Source of the DNA: Zootoca vivipara
Lineage: Eukaryota
Assembly (NCBI RefSeq): GCF_963506605.1
Contig: NC_083284.1
Location: forward strand, 24,490,001-24,554,000
Direction: 5' to 3'
Length of the DNA stretch: 64,000 bases
Shown: positions 1-14,180 of the stretch, in pieces
How positions within the stretch are numbered: position 1 is the stretch's first letter
Layout of the letters: every line of letters starts with the position of its first letter
Made by a program: the position numbers and the translations under genes
The notes under the pieces: model-generated
The model's database searches: none
What the model saw: only the letters and a program-made list of their open reading frames with translations
What the model was told of the DNA's origin: nothing

Positions 1-1135
1 GCTGTAAGGCTGTAGCCCTCCTCTAGAAAGAAAATGTAATTGACTAGACATAAAAATGGTTAGCATTCAAGAGTGTGTACCAATGCTTCCACTTGACAAA
101 AATAAAACATGATATACAGGCTGCTGGCAGGGTGGTAGAGGATATACACATCACCTGTGATGAAACCCAACACAAAAAAGCCACTAGCGTGACATATGCT
201 GTTTCTAACCACAATTCCTCCAACCCCCAAAAGCTTTCCCTGCCAGCTGGGTAGAGCATAAGTATGGTCCACAAACTGTAGGGGGAGTTGTTGAAAATGG
301 GTTGTCTCATATTATTAGCAGAAGCACATTTGCTGACACAAAGCTACCATTGACTGCAACCCAGTAACTTAAATTGGCCTTAAGTCTAAGGATCTATCCC
401 TACTTACATGGGAGTGAGCTCCAATGAATCCACTGGGACTAACTCCTGAGACATATATAGGATTGTGCAAGTTGGCAACTTCCAGAGGGATCGCTGTCTG
501 TAGGTGCACAAGTTTCTTCAAAAGGCTGGCAATTTCCCACTTAGTGCCACTTAAACCTGGTGTCTTTTGTGGTGACCACTTCCAGGACAGCCTGATTAAC
601 ATTACAGGAAGCTGCCTAGGTCCACCTAGGTCTGCATGTTCTACAATGGATGGTGGGGTTTCAGGTGGGAGCATTTCCCAGCTCTCTATGCAGAGATAGA
701 GACTGAACATGTGCTCTACCATTGTGTTACGACACTCCTATATAAGAATCGCCTTTTCTTTCCAAACTACCAGTTTAAACCTTGGTCACGGAATCTTTGA
801 TCTTAGTCACAGTTGTGTCAACCCTGTGCTAACATAAATAAAACTATCACAGTAGTTTTATTTATCAGGGTCACAGTAACCAGATTTCTGACCCATATAC
901 TGTATAAATTTATTCAGTTTGCATTAACAATAAATAATAATCCCAGACACATATTGACATGCTGTAACCTTTTATTGTTCACTTTAATTATCTTTTAAAT
1001 TGTTTAAATTATTTGGTTTTAACTGGTTTTCACTGATAATTTTAATATTTCTTGTAAACTGTTTAAAAGTTTTATGACAGTCAAGCAGTATACAAATCTT
1101 TAAATTGTGGAGGAAGACAAATGAGCTATGTAGAG

Positions 1136-1271
1136 CAGGCATCCCCAAACTGCAGCCCTCCAGATGTTTTGGCCTACAACTCCCATGATCCCTAGCCAAC
1201 AGGACCAGTGGCCAGGGGTGATGGGAATTGTAGTCCAAAACATCTGGAGGGCCGAAGTTTGGGGATGCCTG
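1136..1271. mobile_element. 136-bp palindromic hAT MITE
   Basis: TIR caggcatccccaaact...agtttggggatgcctg; 8-bp TSD atgtagag. Confidence 0.9.
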
Positions 1272-4017
1272 ATGTAGAGTATGGAAGCCCAAGCACCACC
1301 TGTAACTAGAAATTATCTTCAGAGCTGCAGACGCCTTTCCTTCTGCGCCTAATATTTTGCCAGGCATTACTTTTACGCTTTCAAGCCAATCATCTCAATA
1401 TAAATGGCTAGAAATAAACTTCCTTTTTCAGAAACAAAAGCAGATATTTTTCAGGATATTGTACCAAGTGCAATAGTTTATAAATGTATTGACATTTTTT
1501 TCAATATTCAGAAGGAACCTTGGTCACTATTTATATAACTGATATTTCATTGCCAAAAAAAGTGTTATGCCATGCTTGTTGAATTAACATTTTTTAAGAA
1601 TGCAATGGGAACATAGCTCAGCATTCTATAACTGGCCAGAACCTTTATATTCCCCAGCATTAAATGGCCAATATAAATGCTTCTACCCCAAAGTGTGTTT
1701 TAGCAGGGGGGTATGTGACTGTACCAGTTCTGGATTTTAGATCCATGATTAAAGTTTACGTTCCTTCAAACTTCTCCAAATTGAAGTTCTCTTGCTTCTG
1801 GCTTGCCATTGCTTTCATTAAAATATCTAGAGAAAGTAATTTGCTCTTCCTTTCCTCTGGCTTTGGTTTGTGTCTCACAGATTGCTCCTGCTGAACTTTG
1901 TACCTACAGCAAGCTAATAATATAAACTACTAGCTTTGAGTCACATTGCTAGGAATGCTCTTGGCAGGCCACACTAGTAACTGAAATTTGCTGTTTGAAT
2001 TGCATCTTCATTGCAGTTGTGTATTTGGATGAAAGGTTGTTATACACTTGTGTACTTTTTGGAGCCTTGTATTAAATACTTCACCACAAACCTACAGCTT
2101 TAGTTCTGAACCTACTCTTAACCAGAGTTTTATTGAAACAAGCCAGCTTCGTAAGTCACTTACCAGCTTGCGCCAGTAAACAAAAGTTACGACTAACCAC
2201 AGTTTGTCTAGCTTCAGACAATTACAGCTAGCCAAAAATAGAAGGGAAAGTTTCTGACCTTGGAGCCACACTGGGTGCTGCAGGCTCTCATTTTACATCC
2301 AAATGCAGCTAGAATAAAGGCTTGTAAAATGAATCCTGCAGATTTTCCTCAGTATAGTATGCTACTCAGTTAAGTTTTATTTATAGCAAAATGAGAGGAC
2401 ACATACATAGCTTTGACTCTTTAATTCTTCTCCCCCACTTTACACAAATACAGTTCTTTCCCCCCACAAATTTTCACACTAAAGAAATCCCTTATTTCCC
2501 AGAATATATCACAGACCACTTTTCAAGTAATTTCATTCAGTAGTTTCTAGTGCTTGAGTGTTCAGAACTTGAGAACAACTCAGCATTAAAAGTTCACATT
2601 CTTTCAAAAAAGACAAAATACATTTGACAAAAAACCTCTATAAAATCCAAGATTAAAAAATGGAACACCCATTTTGTAGGTTTCGATCCAACTCAAGTTG
2701 GTTGTGACCAAGACCTATTAAAATTAATAGGGCAAACAGCCCCACTGTTTTCATTGGGTCAGTTATAATTAACATTAGCAGCATGGAAACAGATTATTTC
2801 TCACAAATGACATCATTTTAAAATATATATATAGAAAAGATTAAGAGAATTTTTTTCTATTAATGTCAAATAGCAAAGTACAGACAAATAAATTAGAATC
2901 TTTTTCTATTAAAGTGAAATGTGAAAGTACAAATAAATTATTAAAAATCAAGTGGGAAATAACCCTTGCAGAGTTCTCAAAGCAATTCCATAAGCCTAAA
3001 ACACAGAAACAATGGTAAAAGTATTCATTAGTCTTATCGTTTAGTTCTGAAACAGTACAGAAGAAACATGTTTGATACTCAAATGCTCTGCACACTAAAT
3101 GCAAATATTTCTCATGCTCAGGCCAATAATACATATTAAGACACCTTTACTTCCGCAGAATGTCTATGTGTCTAAAACACTTGATTAGAGATCAAAAATA
3201 ATTTTAAAAATTTATAATGTTCTTGGATAATTGGGGGGCAGGGGAATCAATAGCTTGGTTTCACTGCTTTGGCAGATGGATTTGATGCACCCTAGAATTC
3301 CAACATGTAAACGACTTAACTTTGTCAGTTAATTATTTTACATAGCATTTAAATTTTTAAGGGAGATATGCAACTAAGTAATCCTCAAGAGTAGATCCAA
3401 TGAGGTTCATGTGCTTAAAGTACACAGTAGTGGATTTACTCCGAATACGAGTCAGTTGGATACCATCTATAGTTTTAAGGCACTTGAGAATCTGCTGTAT
3501 AAATGGATTCAGATGCATCTAAGTCCCATTAAGGTAATCCTTAAACATTGAGATTAATAATCTGACATGCTATAATTGTTGCTAGAGGCGAATAGTGATC
3601 TGGCGCCTATTCACTCAAAAGTAAGCTCCACTGGAATCCTAGGTGAGCCAAGAGGTGGTTTGGGGGTCGATGCTGGAGCTGGTAGGAAGCGGTCGGTGAG
3701 TAAGCAGCAGGATGGCTGCCACTTTTGCTGCTCGGTACAGAAAGGACCTAAGTACAGAGACTTTGAAGGCAAATCTTGCCCACCAAAAGTCCATTTCCCG
3801 AAAGGAGAGCAGGCACAAGGAGTTTCATAAAGAACTTCGGAAGTTAAAAGAGCAGAGAAAGCCCATAGACCACCGCATTCGGTGATGGTACTTAGCAAGA
3901 GCTCCACTTTTCAAACAGCTCAGCATAACCAGAGGCAGATCTACGTAGACAAACCCCCCAAAGAGAGGAAATGGGTGCAGCCTACAACTTCCACAACTGC
4001 TGATGGAAGAGTTACAG

Positions 4018-4153
4018 CAGGCATCCCCAAACTGCGGCCCTCCAGATGTTTTGGCCTACAACTCCCATGATTCCTAGCTAACAGGACCAGTGCTCAGGGA
4101 TGATGGGAATTGTAGTCCAAAACATCTGGAGGGCCAAAGTTTGGGGATGCCTG
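4018..4153. mobile_element. 136-bp palindromic hAT MITE
   Basis: Same family; TSD agttacag. Confidence 0.9.
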
Positions 4154-5171
4154 AGTTACAGGGACCACAGCTGCTGCTCTGACCAAAATATCACAGATAT
4201 CCCGGCCTGCTGTGAATGCAGGTCTTCCGCTGCAGAAAAGCGAAACAAGTACAGTAACAGAAAACAGCACCAGAGGGGTCAAAAATGCAAAGGCCACAGT
4301 GTTGTGTGGCATGAAAGAGAATCATTCAGTGGAGCCTCTTAAAGAAGGTGTTAGGGCGCCAACATGTTGGCCTGCTGAAGGCTGATTTTTATTTACAAAC
4401 CGGGGTGGGTAGAAAGAAAATTTACTGTGGTTTTTCTTTGTTAAGTACCGGTACTATTGAATGTTTAATAAAGCTTGGTCTGTGTCTTCTGGGGGGAAGT
4501 AAGCTCCACTGTTTTTAATGGGGCTTACTCCTAGGTAAGCACGCAGAGGATTGCTGTGTAAGGCTGAAAAATCTAAATATACTTACTAAGTGGTAAGTAA
4601 GCCTCAGTGAACAGTGAGACTTAATTGAACATTCATAAGGTTCATTAATTAATTGAACATACACAGGACTGAACTATAGAAGCAAAAACAGAATATCTAC
4701 TCAAGGGAATGTTCCACTATAACAGCAGCATAAGATTGCAAACAAAACCCATACATTTTTAAGGCATTTCCCTTCTTTCCATAAAGCAAAGCTCTGAGGA
4801 GATGCCAAATGCTGGTAAGACCAAAGTTTGACCTACTTTTTACCCCACGCAATAGTTAGGGGTGTTCACCTCTATCAGTTTAAGAGCAGCATCCACAATC
4901 CCCTCAAGAGGAAAAAACTCATGTAGAGGTACCACTCCGAGGCCAGTTGCCGAAATTGCAATTTTGGCTTTCAAAGTTGTATGCAAAAGATCCTTAAAGA
5001 TTAAGGATGTGTGCAAAGGTGACAGAGGGAAGAAGTGCTATATAAAAAAGTAGTGTCTTCTACAGAAGTGTAGACCACCTTGACGCTCCGACGGTATGCT
5101 TTAAACAGCTTTGTAACAACAAAAGAGCTCTCACAATACAGATGAACTGAACCAGGTCGAAAGCTTCTCTC

Positions 5172-8100
5172 TTAAAGGTCTGTCTTGTCTTCATACCGAC
5201 ACATACATGCTGCTCTTTGACTGTCAAGGTATGGCTTGCATCCTAAATGTATGACTGCGTCAAACACTAGTTGAACTGTTGATTCACACGCTGCAAGGAG
5301 GAAAAAGCAAATCAATTTTTAAATCCTTGTACTGAGGCCCAGTTGTCACTATAAAGAAACAAAGCATCCACTTAACCTGGACCCAAGGCAAGGTATGAAG
5401 CTTATTCTGCTGATTGACATAAGATGAAATTTCAATCTATTGAACAACCAATTTATACTTGTCACTTCCAACACCATCATTGCACACAGCAATCCAGAGT
5501 AAGACCACCACCATGGGAATTGGGGTGGATGTGGAAATATGATCCATGTAGAGGTACCAGCTCCACACGTGCTTGAGATAATGACATGTAGTCAGCTATA
5601 ATGTGAGTGAGCCCTATACAGTGGTACCTCACAAGACGAAATTAATTCATTCCATGAGTCTTTTCATGTTGCGATAATTTCATCTTGCAAAGTGCGGTTT
5701 CCCATAGGAATGCACTGAAATTTAATTCATGCGTTCCTATGGGGGGGGGGAGCGCAAAAAAAAAAGGTGCCGACTCACCCACCACTGCCGGAGGTTTTTC
5801 AGGGGGAAGCAGGAGGAGGGCCAGGGAGAGGCTCCCTCCCTCCTTCCCCAGCAGCCGAACCGTCATGCCCAACCAGACAGACAGCCCGTTCGCGTGCAGG
5901 CAGGCAGGCTTAAGGTGAGGGAGGATCCGGCTGCTGCGGAAGCCGGGCGATGGCGGGCAGTGGAAGCGGAAGTGCGAGGCGGGCAGGCTCTCGGTCTGAC
6001 TTTCTCCTCGCGGCGCCCTGCTTCCTTTTGCGAAGTTTTCTATGGCACGGCCATAGAAAACTTCATCTTGCGAGTCTGCCAAAAAATCGCAAAACATTTT
6101 CGTCTTGCGATTTTTTTTGTGCCACGAGGCGTTCGTCTAGCGAGGTACCACTGTATCTGTTTGGGCAAGTTTAAGGTTTGGTGGGCATTAGGTTCATAGC
6201 AATACACAAGCAATTCAGCTCCTGCAATAGGACAGAAGTTGCTTGTATTTTGCACTGCGCTGTTCACAAATACAGTCTACACTGTGTCAAAAGTAGAATT
6301 AGCCCCAGAAAAAGACATTATGTTGTGACCTCCTCTGCACCAAACTTGCAGAAATCAAAACTGCAATGAAGATAACTGGCAGATAATAAACCATCAAGAG
6401 AAGCTTTTTATTCATCCATCATATAGGAAATCTAATGCTCACTCTCCACACTACTATAGCAATTGCTACATGCTAATGGCTTTGCTTAGGTAGGACATCT
6501 GCTAGGAGGACATGTCTTTTTCACATTCTACTGTAAGGGGAAGAATGTTCAGTGGTGACACAAGACAGAGCAGCATTTGCAAACATGATACCCTCCAGAT
6601 GTTTCGGACTAGTCGAAAACCTATTCCAGTCCAGGACTACACTCCAAAACCTATTGACCCAGCCAAAACATTATCTTACAGAGCTGCACAAGGAGAGAAG
6701 AATTCACCCAAACTGGGCAGCATAATCTTGCATTGCTCATGCAAGATTTCCAATTTCAGGCAAATCCTTCCACTTTTGTGCAAAGATGGACACAATCCAT
6801 ACTTCATCATGTTAGAAAGTGCTCTTCTTTATTAGCTGCACACAGGCACCGGGAAAACTAAACAGAGTTAAGTCACATTACTTTGTGCCCCCTGGTTCAG
6901 ATTTCCAATAAAACACTACCCACAGTTATATGTAAGTTCTGTAAATATCCATTACAGCAGCATTATTCCAGACAAGCTTACCTTGTACGCTCTCTGGTAT
7001 TCCCAGTGTTTTCTGTACATCTCTACAGATCTTAGAGAGGCAATATTGAAACTCCTCGTCGCAATCGTGTTTTTTGTTGCCACAGGTATCGTAACACCTG
7101 TCATGTTGATTGCAGCATTTTGTCATTGAAGGAATGCCAATGTCAAACTGAGAAGCAAATTCTAATAGTTAGCATTCCTTGAGAACAGTTGTGTACTACA
7201 CAATGAAATGGTGTCTCCTGAGGGAAACTCATGTATTTTATGGTTTTTATATTGTAATTTTATATTGTGAAGCACCCTGAGATCTGCAGATGAAGCGTGG
7301 TATATAAATTTTAACAACAACTCAGAACCAGCTAGAAGAGGTATGAGTTTATACTCCAAAAATATATCAAGAAGTTAATAAAACAGATCAAGTCTTAAAG
7401 GAGAATTTTAATAAACCAAATAAAGGCCCACAGGAAATTTAAGATGGAAATTGGGAAAGGATTTTCATCAGAGAAACCAAATTATAAAAGTTTCTCTAAA
7501 GCAGTCATGGGAGCAAAGAAACACATTTCACTCTAACAGGGCTAGATGAGTTTACCATGGTAATATATGCTTTCTTCTGATGTTTCAGCTGTGCCATAGA
7601 AGGCAGGGATGGCTAACCTATGGCTCTCTAGATATTATTGGATTCGAGCTCCCATCAGCCTCAGCCAGCATGGCCAATGGTTAGTGATGGTGGCAGATGT
7701 AGTCTAAAACATCTGGAGGACCACACATCTTAAAGTAACTAGGAAAAGTGGACCCCAGTTACTCAGTCTGGAGAAACTAAACATAGCACTTTGTTGTTCT
7801 AGCCAAGCATATATTCCAGAGGAGCAGAAACCTAGAATTTGCACATTCAGAGACAAACTGATAATCACATAGGGGGTCAGAGAGGACTTTTTGACCATAT
7901 TGGCTGATAACCTTGTAATGTGGTTTCCTGTAACAAAATTTACCGATACTAGTTTCTGCCGCACAGGTTAGTTCTATTATCATATTTTCAATGCATCCTG
8001 CACCCCGCCTAATACCCTCAGCAAAAAAAGAAAAAGAAAAGAAAAGAGTTGATCTATCTACAGGACGAAGAGACAGCCTTTGCGGGACAGGAGCATTTAG

Positions 8101-11100
8101 GGTGGCAGAATAATGTGTCTTGACATGTGAGATGACAATGAAGGAGAAACAATTCCACGGTGCTTCTTCATGCATCACATGGTTAAACTATGGGATTCGG
8201 ATTCATGGGAGGCAGTGATCCATGATCAACCTAGATGGCTTTAAAAGAGGATTGGACAAAGCCATGGAGGTGAAGGCTACTGATGATGGCAGTAATGCTT
8301 CAGAATACCAGTTCCTGGGAAACAGAGCAGTGAAGAGTGCTGTTGCGTTCAAACCTTGCTTGTGTGTTTCCCACAAGCATCTGGTTGGCCACTGTGAGAA
8401 TAGGATGCCAAACTAAATGGGCCATTGGCAAGACCCGGCAGGCTCTTCTTATGTGTGGTGGGATCGGACTCAGCTGATGTAGTCAGCTGAATGCAAATAT
8501 GGTGCTGGCAGCTTAGGCGCCTAACTACATTTTCTCTAGACTTCTGCGCCTCTTGGCTTACTGAATCTAGCAGAGAGGGTTTGACTAGTTGGGTGCAGAG
8601 AATGGTTAATGCAGGCATCCCCAAACTTCGGCCCTTCAGATGTTTTAGAACTACAATTCCCATCTTCCCTGACCACTGGTCCTGTTAGCTAGGGATCATG
8701 GGAGTTGTAGGCCAAAACATCTGGAGGGCTACAGTTTGGGGATGCACGGACGGGTGGTCCCTTCAGCCTTGAAAGAGGCGGTGGTGTCACTACTTATAAG
8801 GAACCAGCTGTGGACCCCTTAGACTGGAATAACTACTGACCAATCACAAATAACCCCTTCCTGGGGAAGGTAGTGGAGAGAGTAGTGGTGGAACAGCTGA
8901 AAACATTCTTGTACAACATAATCCCAATGTGGGTTTGGGCCTGGCCATGTAACTTTTTGTACTAAAGCACCTGCACAAAGCATTTTTGTTTATCAAAGCC
9001 TATCTAGACACAGATGTTGAATGGTTCGATCTTTTTCCTGTTGATTTTAATTATCTTTAAATGTTTAAAATCTTTTTAAACTGTTTTTATTAATATTATC
9101 TGTAAATTGTTTAGCGGTTCTACTACAATCAAGCGGAATATAATTTAATAAATAATAATAATAATAACTGGCCACTGTCTCGGAATGAAGGTTTTCATAT
9201 TTTAGACCTATAGTTCTGAGGCTGCGAAGACTCCTCTTGGGAGACTGAGAGATTTAGTTTTGAATAATCACAACACTTTGTGCCAGGCATCCCCAAACTG
9301 TGGCCCTCCAGATGTTTTGGCCTACAACTCCCATGATTCTTAGCTAAGAGGACCAGTGGTCAGGGATGATGGGAATTGTAGTCCAAAACATCTGGAGGGC
9401 CGAAGTCTGGGGATGTCTGCTTTGTGCTTAGACGAAAACAATAGCCTACTATTTACTTAAACTAGTTGCATATTTACTATTTATATATTACAGTCTCATG
9501 TGAGTGTTTTCATAAATTTAATACAGGTTAATCCAGATGCATTGCCATTTAAGCATCTTTCCTTCTTTTCATCCAAACACAGAAGAAGCTAGTGAGCAGG
9601 ATGAAGTACTTGATAAGAAGATACTTACGTGAACTCCAAAAAGGGGAGAACCACAGCCATTGGGTGGTGAAGGCTTATAGCCATAGCGAGGCAACGGCTT
9701 ATATCCTGTAAAATATAAAGAACTCTGAATACTCCACATGCTTCATTTCCACCTGATTAGATGTTTCAAGGCAAGAGCCCGGGAATAATATTCAACTAGT
9801 ACAGATTTATATAAATTAACTGTTCAATAAAATAACTCAGTATAAGCTGTTATATACACTTGTGTGTTTAGAGACTTTGGCATAAAGAAAATTAATTTAT
9901 TACTACATCTAGATTCTACCTTTCCTCCAAGGATTTCAAAGGGGAGTCCACATTTTATCCTCACAAAAAACCAGTGTGGGTTAGATTGAGATGTGGTGAC
10001 TGACTCAAGTATCATCATGGCTGAGTGAGTAAGTGAATCCTCACCTTCCAGGTCCTAGCCCAACTCTAACCACTACACCATTAGCTTGGAACCATTCTGT
10101 ACTAAGGGAGCAATCCTATGGAGGGCAGCTGAGTGGGGTGGGGAGGGACAGGATGATGGGAGACCTTTCTGGGGGTGGAGAGAGTGTTCTGCTGCTGGAG
10201 GTGTTCCTAGGGCAACAACAGAAAGCTCTGCTGCTCTTACTCGTCCACCATACCCAGACATAGGCTGTTTTATGGGAATTTCAGAGGAGGCTGTGAATCA
10301 TCAGGATCCTAATTCCCCTCATGCGGCCTTCAGGAGATTGCCTAGAAGGGAATGTGACCCTTGAAAATAGCTTTCTTGCGCCTTCAGAAGTAGCATCTCC
10401 TGCACCACAGAATCTCCCTTCCCTTAGGATTATTTAAAAAGATGCATTTCTCAAAACACACAGCATATCTAACAATTTAGGGAAAGGGTATACAACCATA
10501 GTTATGAAGTTATATTTATAAGCAACACCATTTAAAAAGTAGCTTGTTTTCCACATAGCCATCTTCTCATCTCCTTCACCAGAGATAACTAGGGGTAAAC
10601 CTCAATCAAATTGGTTTTAAAAACTGGGCTCCAACTGGTTAACCTGAACTTTCAGCGCTGATGAAGGAAGAATGGATTATTTTACACCATGATTTCCAAT
10701 ACTTCAATCCACAGTTTATCAAAGTGGTGCCTAAACACAGAAGAATGTATTTATAAAAGCTTAGTCTTTCTGTAATATAATCATTTGGCACCATTACAAG
10801 TTAACCTCAGACCTGATAACACTAACTGCAGCTTAAGAAGAACTCTGCTGGATCTGATCAGGCCCATCTAGTCCAGCATCCTAAACAAAGAGAACTTTGA
10901 GGTCATGATAAAACAACCAACAATACTAACGCAGGCTTATTATGTATCCAGGAACCAAGAGAACAATGCATTAATCTTTACAGTCAACGTTTTAAAAGGT
11001 CACTGTTGTTGGCTAGCATCACAAGCGAGATCCTACGGACGCATGTTCAAGTATGCAAAGCTTTAAGATTGAACTGCCATAAGGTTGGCAAATGTATTTT

Positions 11101-11877
11101 AGGCTGCAGCCTTTACTCCTTTACATATAATATGCCCCATTAAAACTCAGTAGAACTTATAGGTCTGCAGTGTATTAATATCTGCATCTTTCAACCAAAT
11201 GGACCCAGTGTGCACCTTCTGATCTAAAGCAAGTTTATTTATAACATTTATACGCCAGTGCCGCAAAATAGTTACAGTGTTGAACTAGGACCTGGGAGAG
11301 CAGGGTTCGAATTCCCACTCTGCCATTGAAGCTCAATGGGTTACCTCGGGCCAGTCACTATCTCTTAGCCTAACCTACCTCATGGGGTGGTTGTGAGGAT
11401 GAAATGGGAAGCAGAACAATGTACACCACCTTGAGATCATTGGAAGATAAAGGTGGTACCGGTATATAAATGTAATAAATAAAAAATCCCTTGCCTTCTG
11501 GAACCAAAGGATTATCAAGAGATCCCTTTTCTGATCACACGTCATGCCCCTTCCAAACCGTTTAGACTTGAACCTAACGCTTTCAAGATTCGGTAGCAAC
11601 CGGGAATTACCGCGTTAACCTCCACCCCGTTCCCCCCACTTCTTTGGGCACTCTCGGCATTACCATCGCTGCACTTATACTGACAGAGCCCATCCTCTCC
11701 TCCCAGGAGATCCAAAGCAGCATTCAGGTAAGTGTCGATCTTGTGGACGCCGTTCCTGATGGTCTTCAGCGTCATCCTCCAGTCCGGGGTCTGGGCCTCC
11801 TGGCACTGGGCGGGCAGGGGCCGCATCCCCAGCAAGCCGCAGGTCACAAGAAGCGACAGCAGCAGGGCCCAGCTCAT
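5172..11877 (-). CDS. PLA2G12A: Group XIIA secretory phospholipase A2, 4 coding exons, 191 aa
   Basis: Exons 11877-11664, 9705-9629, 7147-6982, 5290-5172, all GT-AG, total 576 nt. Signal peptide, then QTPDWRMTLKTIRNGVHKIDTYLNAALDLLGGEDGLCQYKCSDG, PNGCGSPLFG, catalytic CCNQHDRCYDTC, and C-terminus CMCRYEDKTDL*. Synteny with CFI. Confidence 0.97.
5619..6153. mobile_element. Non-autonomous Tc1/mariner (Tigger-like) element
   Basis: TA|cagtggtacctc ... gaggtaccactg|TA with a GC-rich interior. Confidence 0.85.
8612..8747. mobile_element. Palindromic hAT MITE (opposite orientation)
   Basis: Same family; TSD not clear. Confidence 0.8.
9284..9419. mobile_element. 136-bp palindromic hAT MITE
   Basis: Same family; TSD ctttgtgc. 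Confidence 0.9.
11255..11482 (+). mobile_element. tRNA-derived MIR/Squam3-like SINE
   Basis: B-box ggttcgaattccc, core ggccagtcact...cctaacctacctca...ttgtgaggat, A-rich tail. Confidence 0.65.
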
Positions 11878-12500
11878 CGTCTCTCCCGAGCGCGCAGGGG
11901 CCAGAGTACCAGAACGCCACCCACGCGCGGCGCAACGGAGCTCCACGGATTCGGAGGGCTCGGGCGGGACGCGCGCGCGCCGGCTAGTCTCCGGTTCCTC
12001 CCGCGGGCAGCTGCATTACGCACGTACAGTCGCCGCCGCAGGCAGCCGCCTTGCCTCCACGGCGATTACCGCTCGGAGACCACGGAAGCGCTACCATCCC
12101 GGACAAGCCCCTCCGGTCCCTGTTTGCAGTGCGCCGTCCGCCTCCAGCAGCCCCGCCTCAGTCGCGCTCGCGTCAGGGCGCTTCGGGCGCAGGGAAGGAA
12201 AGGGGGTGCGGTTAACGCTCTCCCGGTAGGGAAAGAGGTCGTGGCGGCTGGAGGTAGGCGGTGCGCGGTGGCCGTGGCGGCTGGGCAGGCGCTTGAAGCT
12301 CTTCCAGAGGCCTTAAAGGAAAAGGGCGCATTCTTTCCCTGGATCCCACGGCTTCCATTTCGGGGGTAGGTGGGTGACGGACCTGTATTACGGGGACAAA
12401 AGTCACCTTTCCACTGCGGGCCCAACCGCGCGCGAGAGAGAGCGCACTGCTGAGCGAGTGTAGTTCTGCCTCCACCGCCTTGCCTGAGCTCTTTTCACAC
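11600..12500. promoter_or_regulatory. CpG island / promoter of PLA2G12A
   Basis: GC- and CpG-rich stretch covering exon 1 and its upstream region, in otherwise CpG-poor DNA. Confidence 0.75.
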
Positions 12501-12543
12501 CACGCTGTTCCTATTTTTCCTTTCGGGGCTAGTTACCACAATT

Positions 12544-12868
12544 GCGGGTGGCGCTGTGGGTTAATTCACAGAGCCTAGACTCTAGAGCTTGCCGATCAGA
12601 AGGTCGGCGGTTCGAATCCCCACGACGTGGTGAGCTCCCGTTGCTCGGTCCCAGCTCCTGCCAGCCTAGCACGTCAAAGTGCAAGTAGATAAATACGTAC
12701 CACTCCAATGGGAAGGTAAACGGCGTTTCCGTGTGCTTGCTCTGGTTCGCCAGAAGCGGCTTAGTCATGCTGGCCACATGACCTGGAAGCTGCACGCCGG
12801 CTCCCTCGGCCAGTAAAGCGAGATAAGCACCGCAACCCTAGAGTCGGTCATGACTGGACATTTACTTT
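12544..12868 (+). mobile_element. Sauria SINE
   Basis: gcgggtggcgctgtgggttaa head, B-box ggttcgaatccc, body matching other copies in the window. Confidence 0.85.
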
Positions 12869-13528
12869 TACCACAATTGGTAGTCTTCTGGGGAAAGACA
12901 CAAAAATGGTTTGGGAGGAGCTAAATCCTTATTCTGGAGGTAAAAATTTAATAAATACAACTGTGGTGAGCCAGGGAGGGGGGGTGAACACAAAGCCCCT
13001 CTCCCTTGCCCCCCCTCGCCCAGTCCTCCTGTTCCAAGGCGAACCGGAAGAGGCAGGGAAAAGGGGAAGACACAGTCTTTTCCAGACTTATGCAACACAA
13101 ACAGTAACGGCTGCCACCACTCTTTTTTAATCCACCAGTAACCCTGAGGCAGAGGGTAAAAAGAGCAACCCCCTAGTCGCCTTACTGACCCAGGGAAAAC
13201 TTCAGTAGCGGTGTTAAGCAGTCATGCACCAGTTTAGCTTTGCAGATGGAGGCACACAAAATAAGGAAACAAAATGGTCTTTTCAGAATTTATTTAAAAG
13301 GAAGAGCAACTAATATATAAGTATTTCCACAATTCTCAAGGAAAGGATTACAGGCAAGCAAAATAAAAAACATTGTATAATATTTTCTAGCTAGACTTGT
13401 ATACTCACAGGAGAAACTTGAAAAGAAACACAGAGTTCAAATCCCTTTCCCCTCAGGCAGGAATCAAACAGAGCATGGCTGGCACCTCCCAGGAACAATG
13501 GCATTCAGCAATTAGCATTTCCAACCCA

Positions 13529-13884
13529 GGTAAAGGTAAAGGTAAAGGGACCCCTGACCCTTTACCACTACCCTAAGGAGTCTCAAAGCGGTTGACAATC
13601 TCTTTTTCCCTTCCTCCCCCACAACAAACACTGTGAGGTGAGTGGGGCTGAGAGACTTCAGAGAAGTGTGACTAGCCCAAGGTCACCCAGCAGCTGCATG
13701 TGGAGGAGCGGAGACGCGAACCTGGTTCCCCAGTTTAGGAGTCTACCGCTCTTAACCACTACACCACACTGGCTGGGACAGAGCAATGGGAGCTCACCCC
13801 GTTGTGCAGATTTGAACTGCCAACCTTGTGATCGGCAAGCCCATGAGGCTCAGTGGTTTACACCACAGCACCACCCGCGTCCCT
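13529..13884 (-). mobile_element. Sauria SINE remnant with nested Squam3-like SINE (~13560-13773)
   Basis: (ggtaaa)n tail and Sauria head separated by a different tRNA-derived SINE. Confidence 0.75.
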
Positions 13885-13964
13885 TTTAACTATGCTTCTA
13901 TGTCTATATTTGAGGTGGTATAGAGCCTATATTGTATAGACCCATGTTGTACTTTGTTTGACAA

Positions 13965-14180
13965 TGGAAAACTGGTAGAATGTGAAGTGAAGATGGAGCC
14001 ATACAGTATCAAGGCCTAAAAGGCCACTTTGTTCTGTATCTTGATGCAAGGCAAGGCCACCTGCCCACCATTCCCATTTGAGAGTTGCCCAAGCCTAACA
14101 GTGCGCAGATGTCAAAACCCAACAGCCCCCCCAATATAAACTCAGCTGCAGTTCATTGTGGTCCTTTCACCTCTAGTGGC
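13965..14180 (-). pseudogene. Decayed orphan copy of the CFI catalytic-His exon plus adjacent intron
   Basis: Minus strand reads ATRGERTTMNCS*VYIGG(frameshift)CWVLTSAHC. It aligns to 18420-18630 and 37370-37580, including intron sequence. In-frame TGA at 14142-14144; donor site lost. Confidence 0.85.

Noticed and set aside
1-5100. CASP6 exons, expected beyond PLA2G12A by synteny
   Set aside because: No caspase-like coding sequence recognised; the gene probably lies outside the window.
11644-12475. Long ORFs (241, 165, 119 aa) around PLA2G12A exon 1, including the GTG-started N-terminal extension at 11946
   Set aside because: By-products of a GC-rich CpG island; the ATG at 11877 gives a normal signal peptide.
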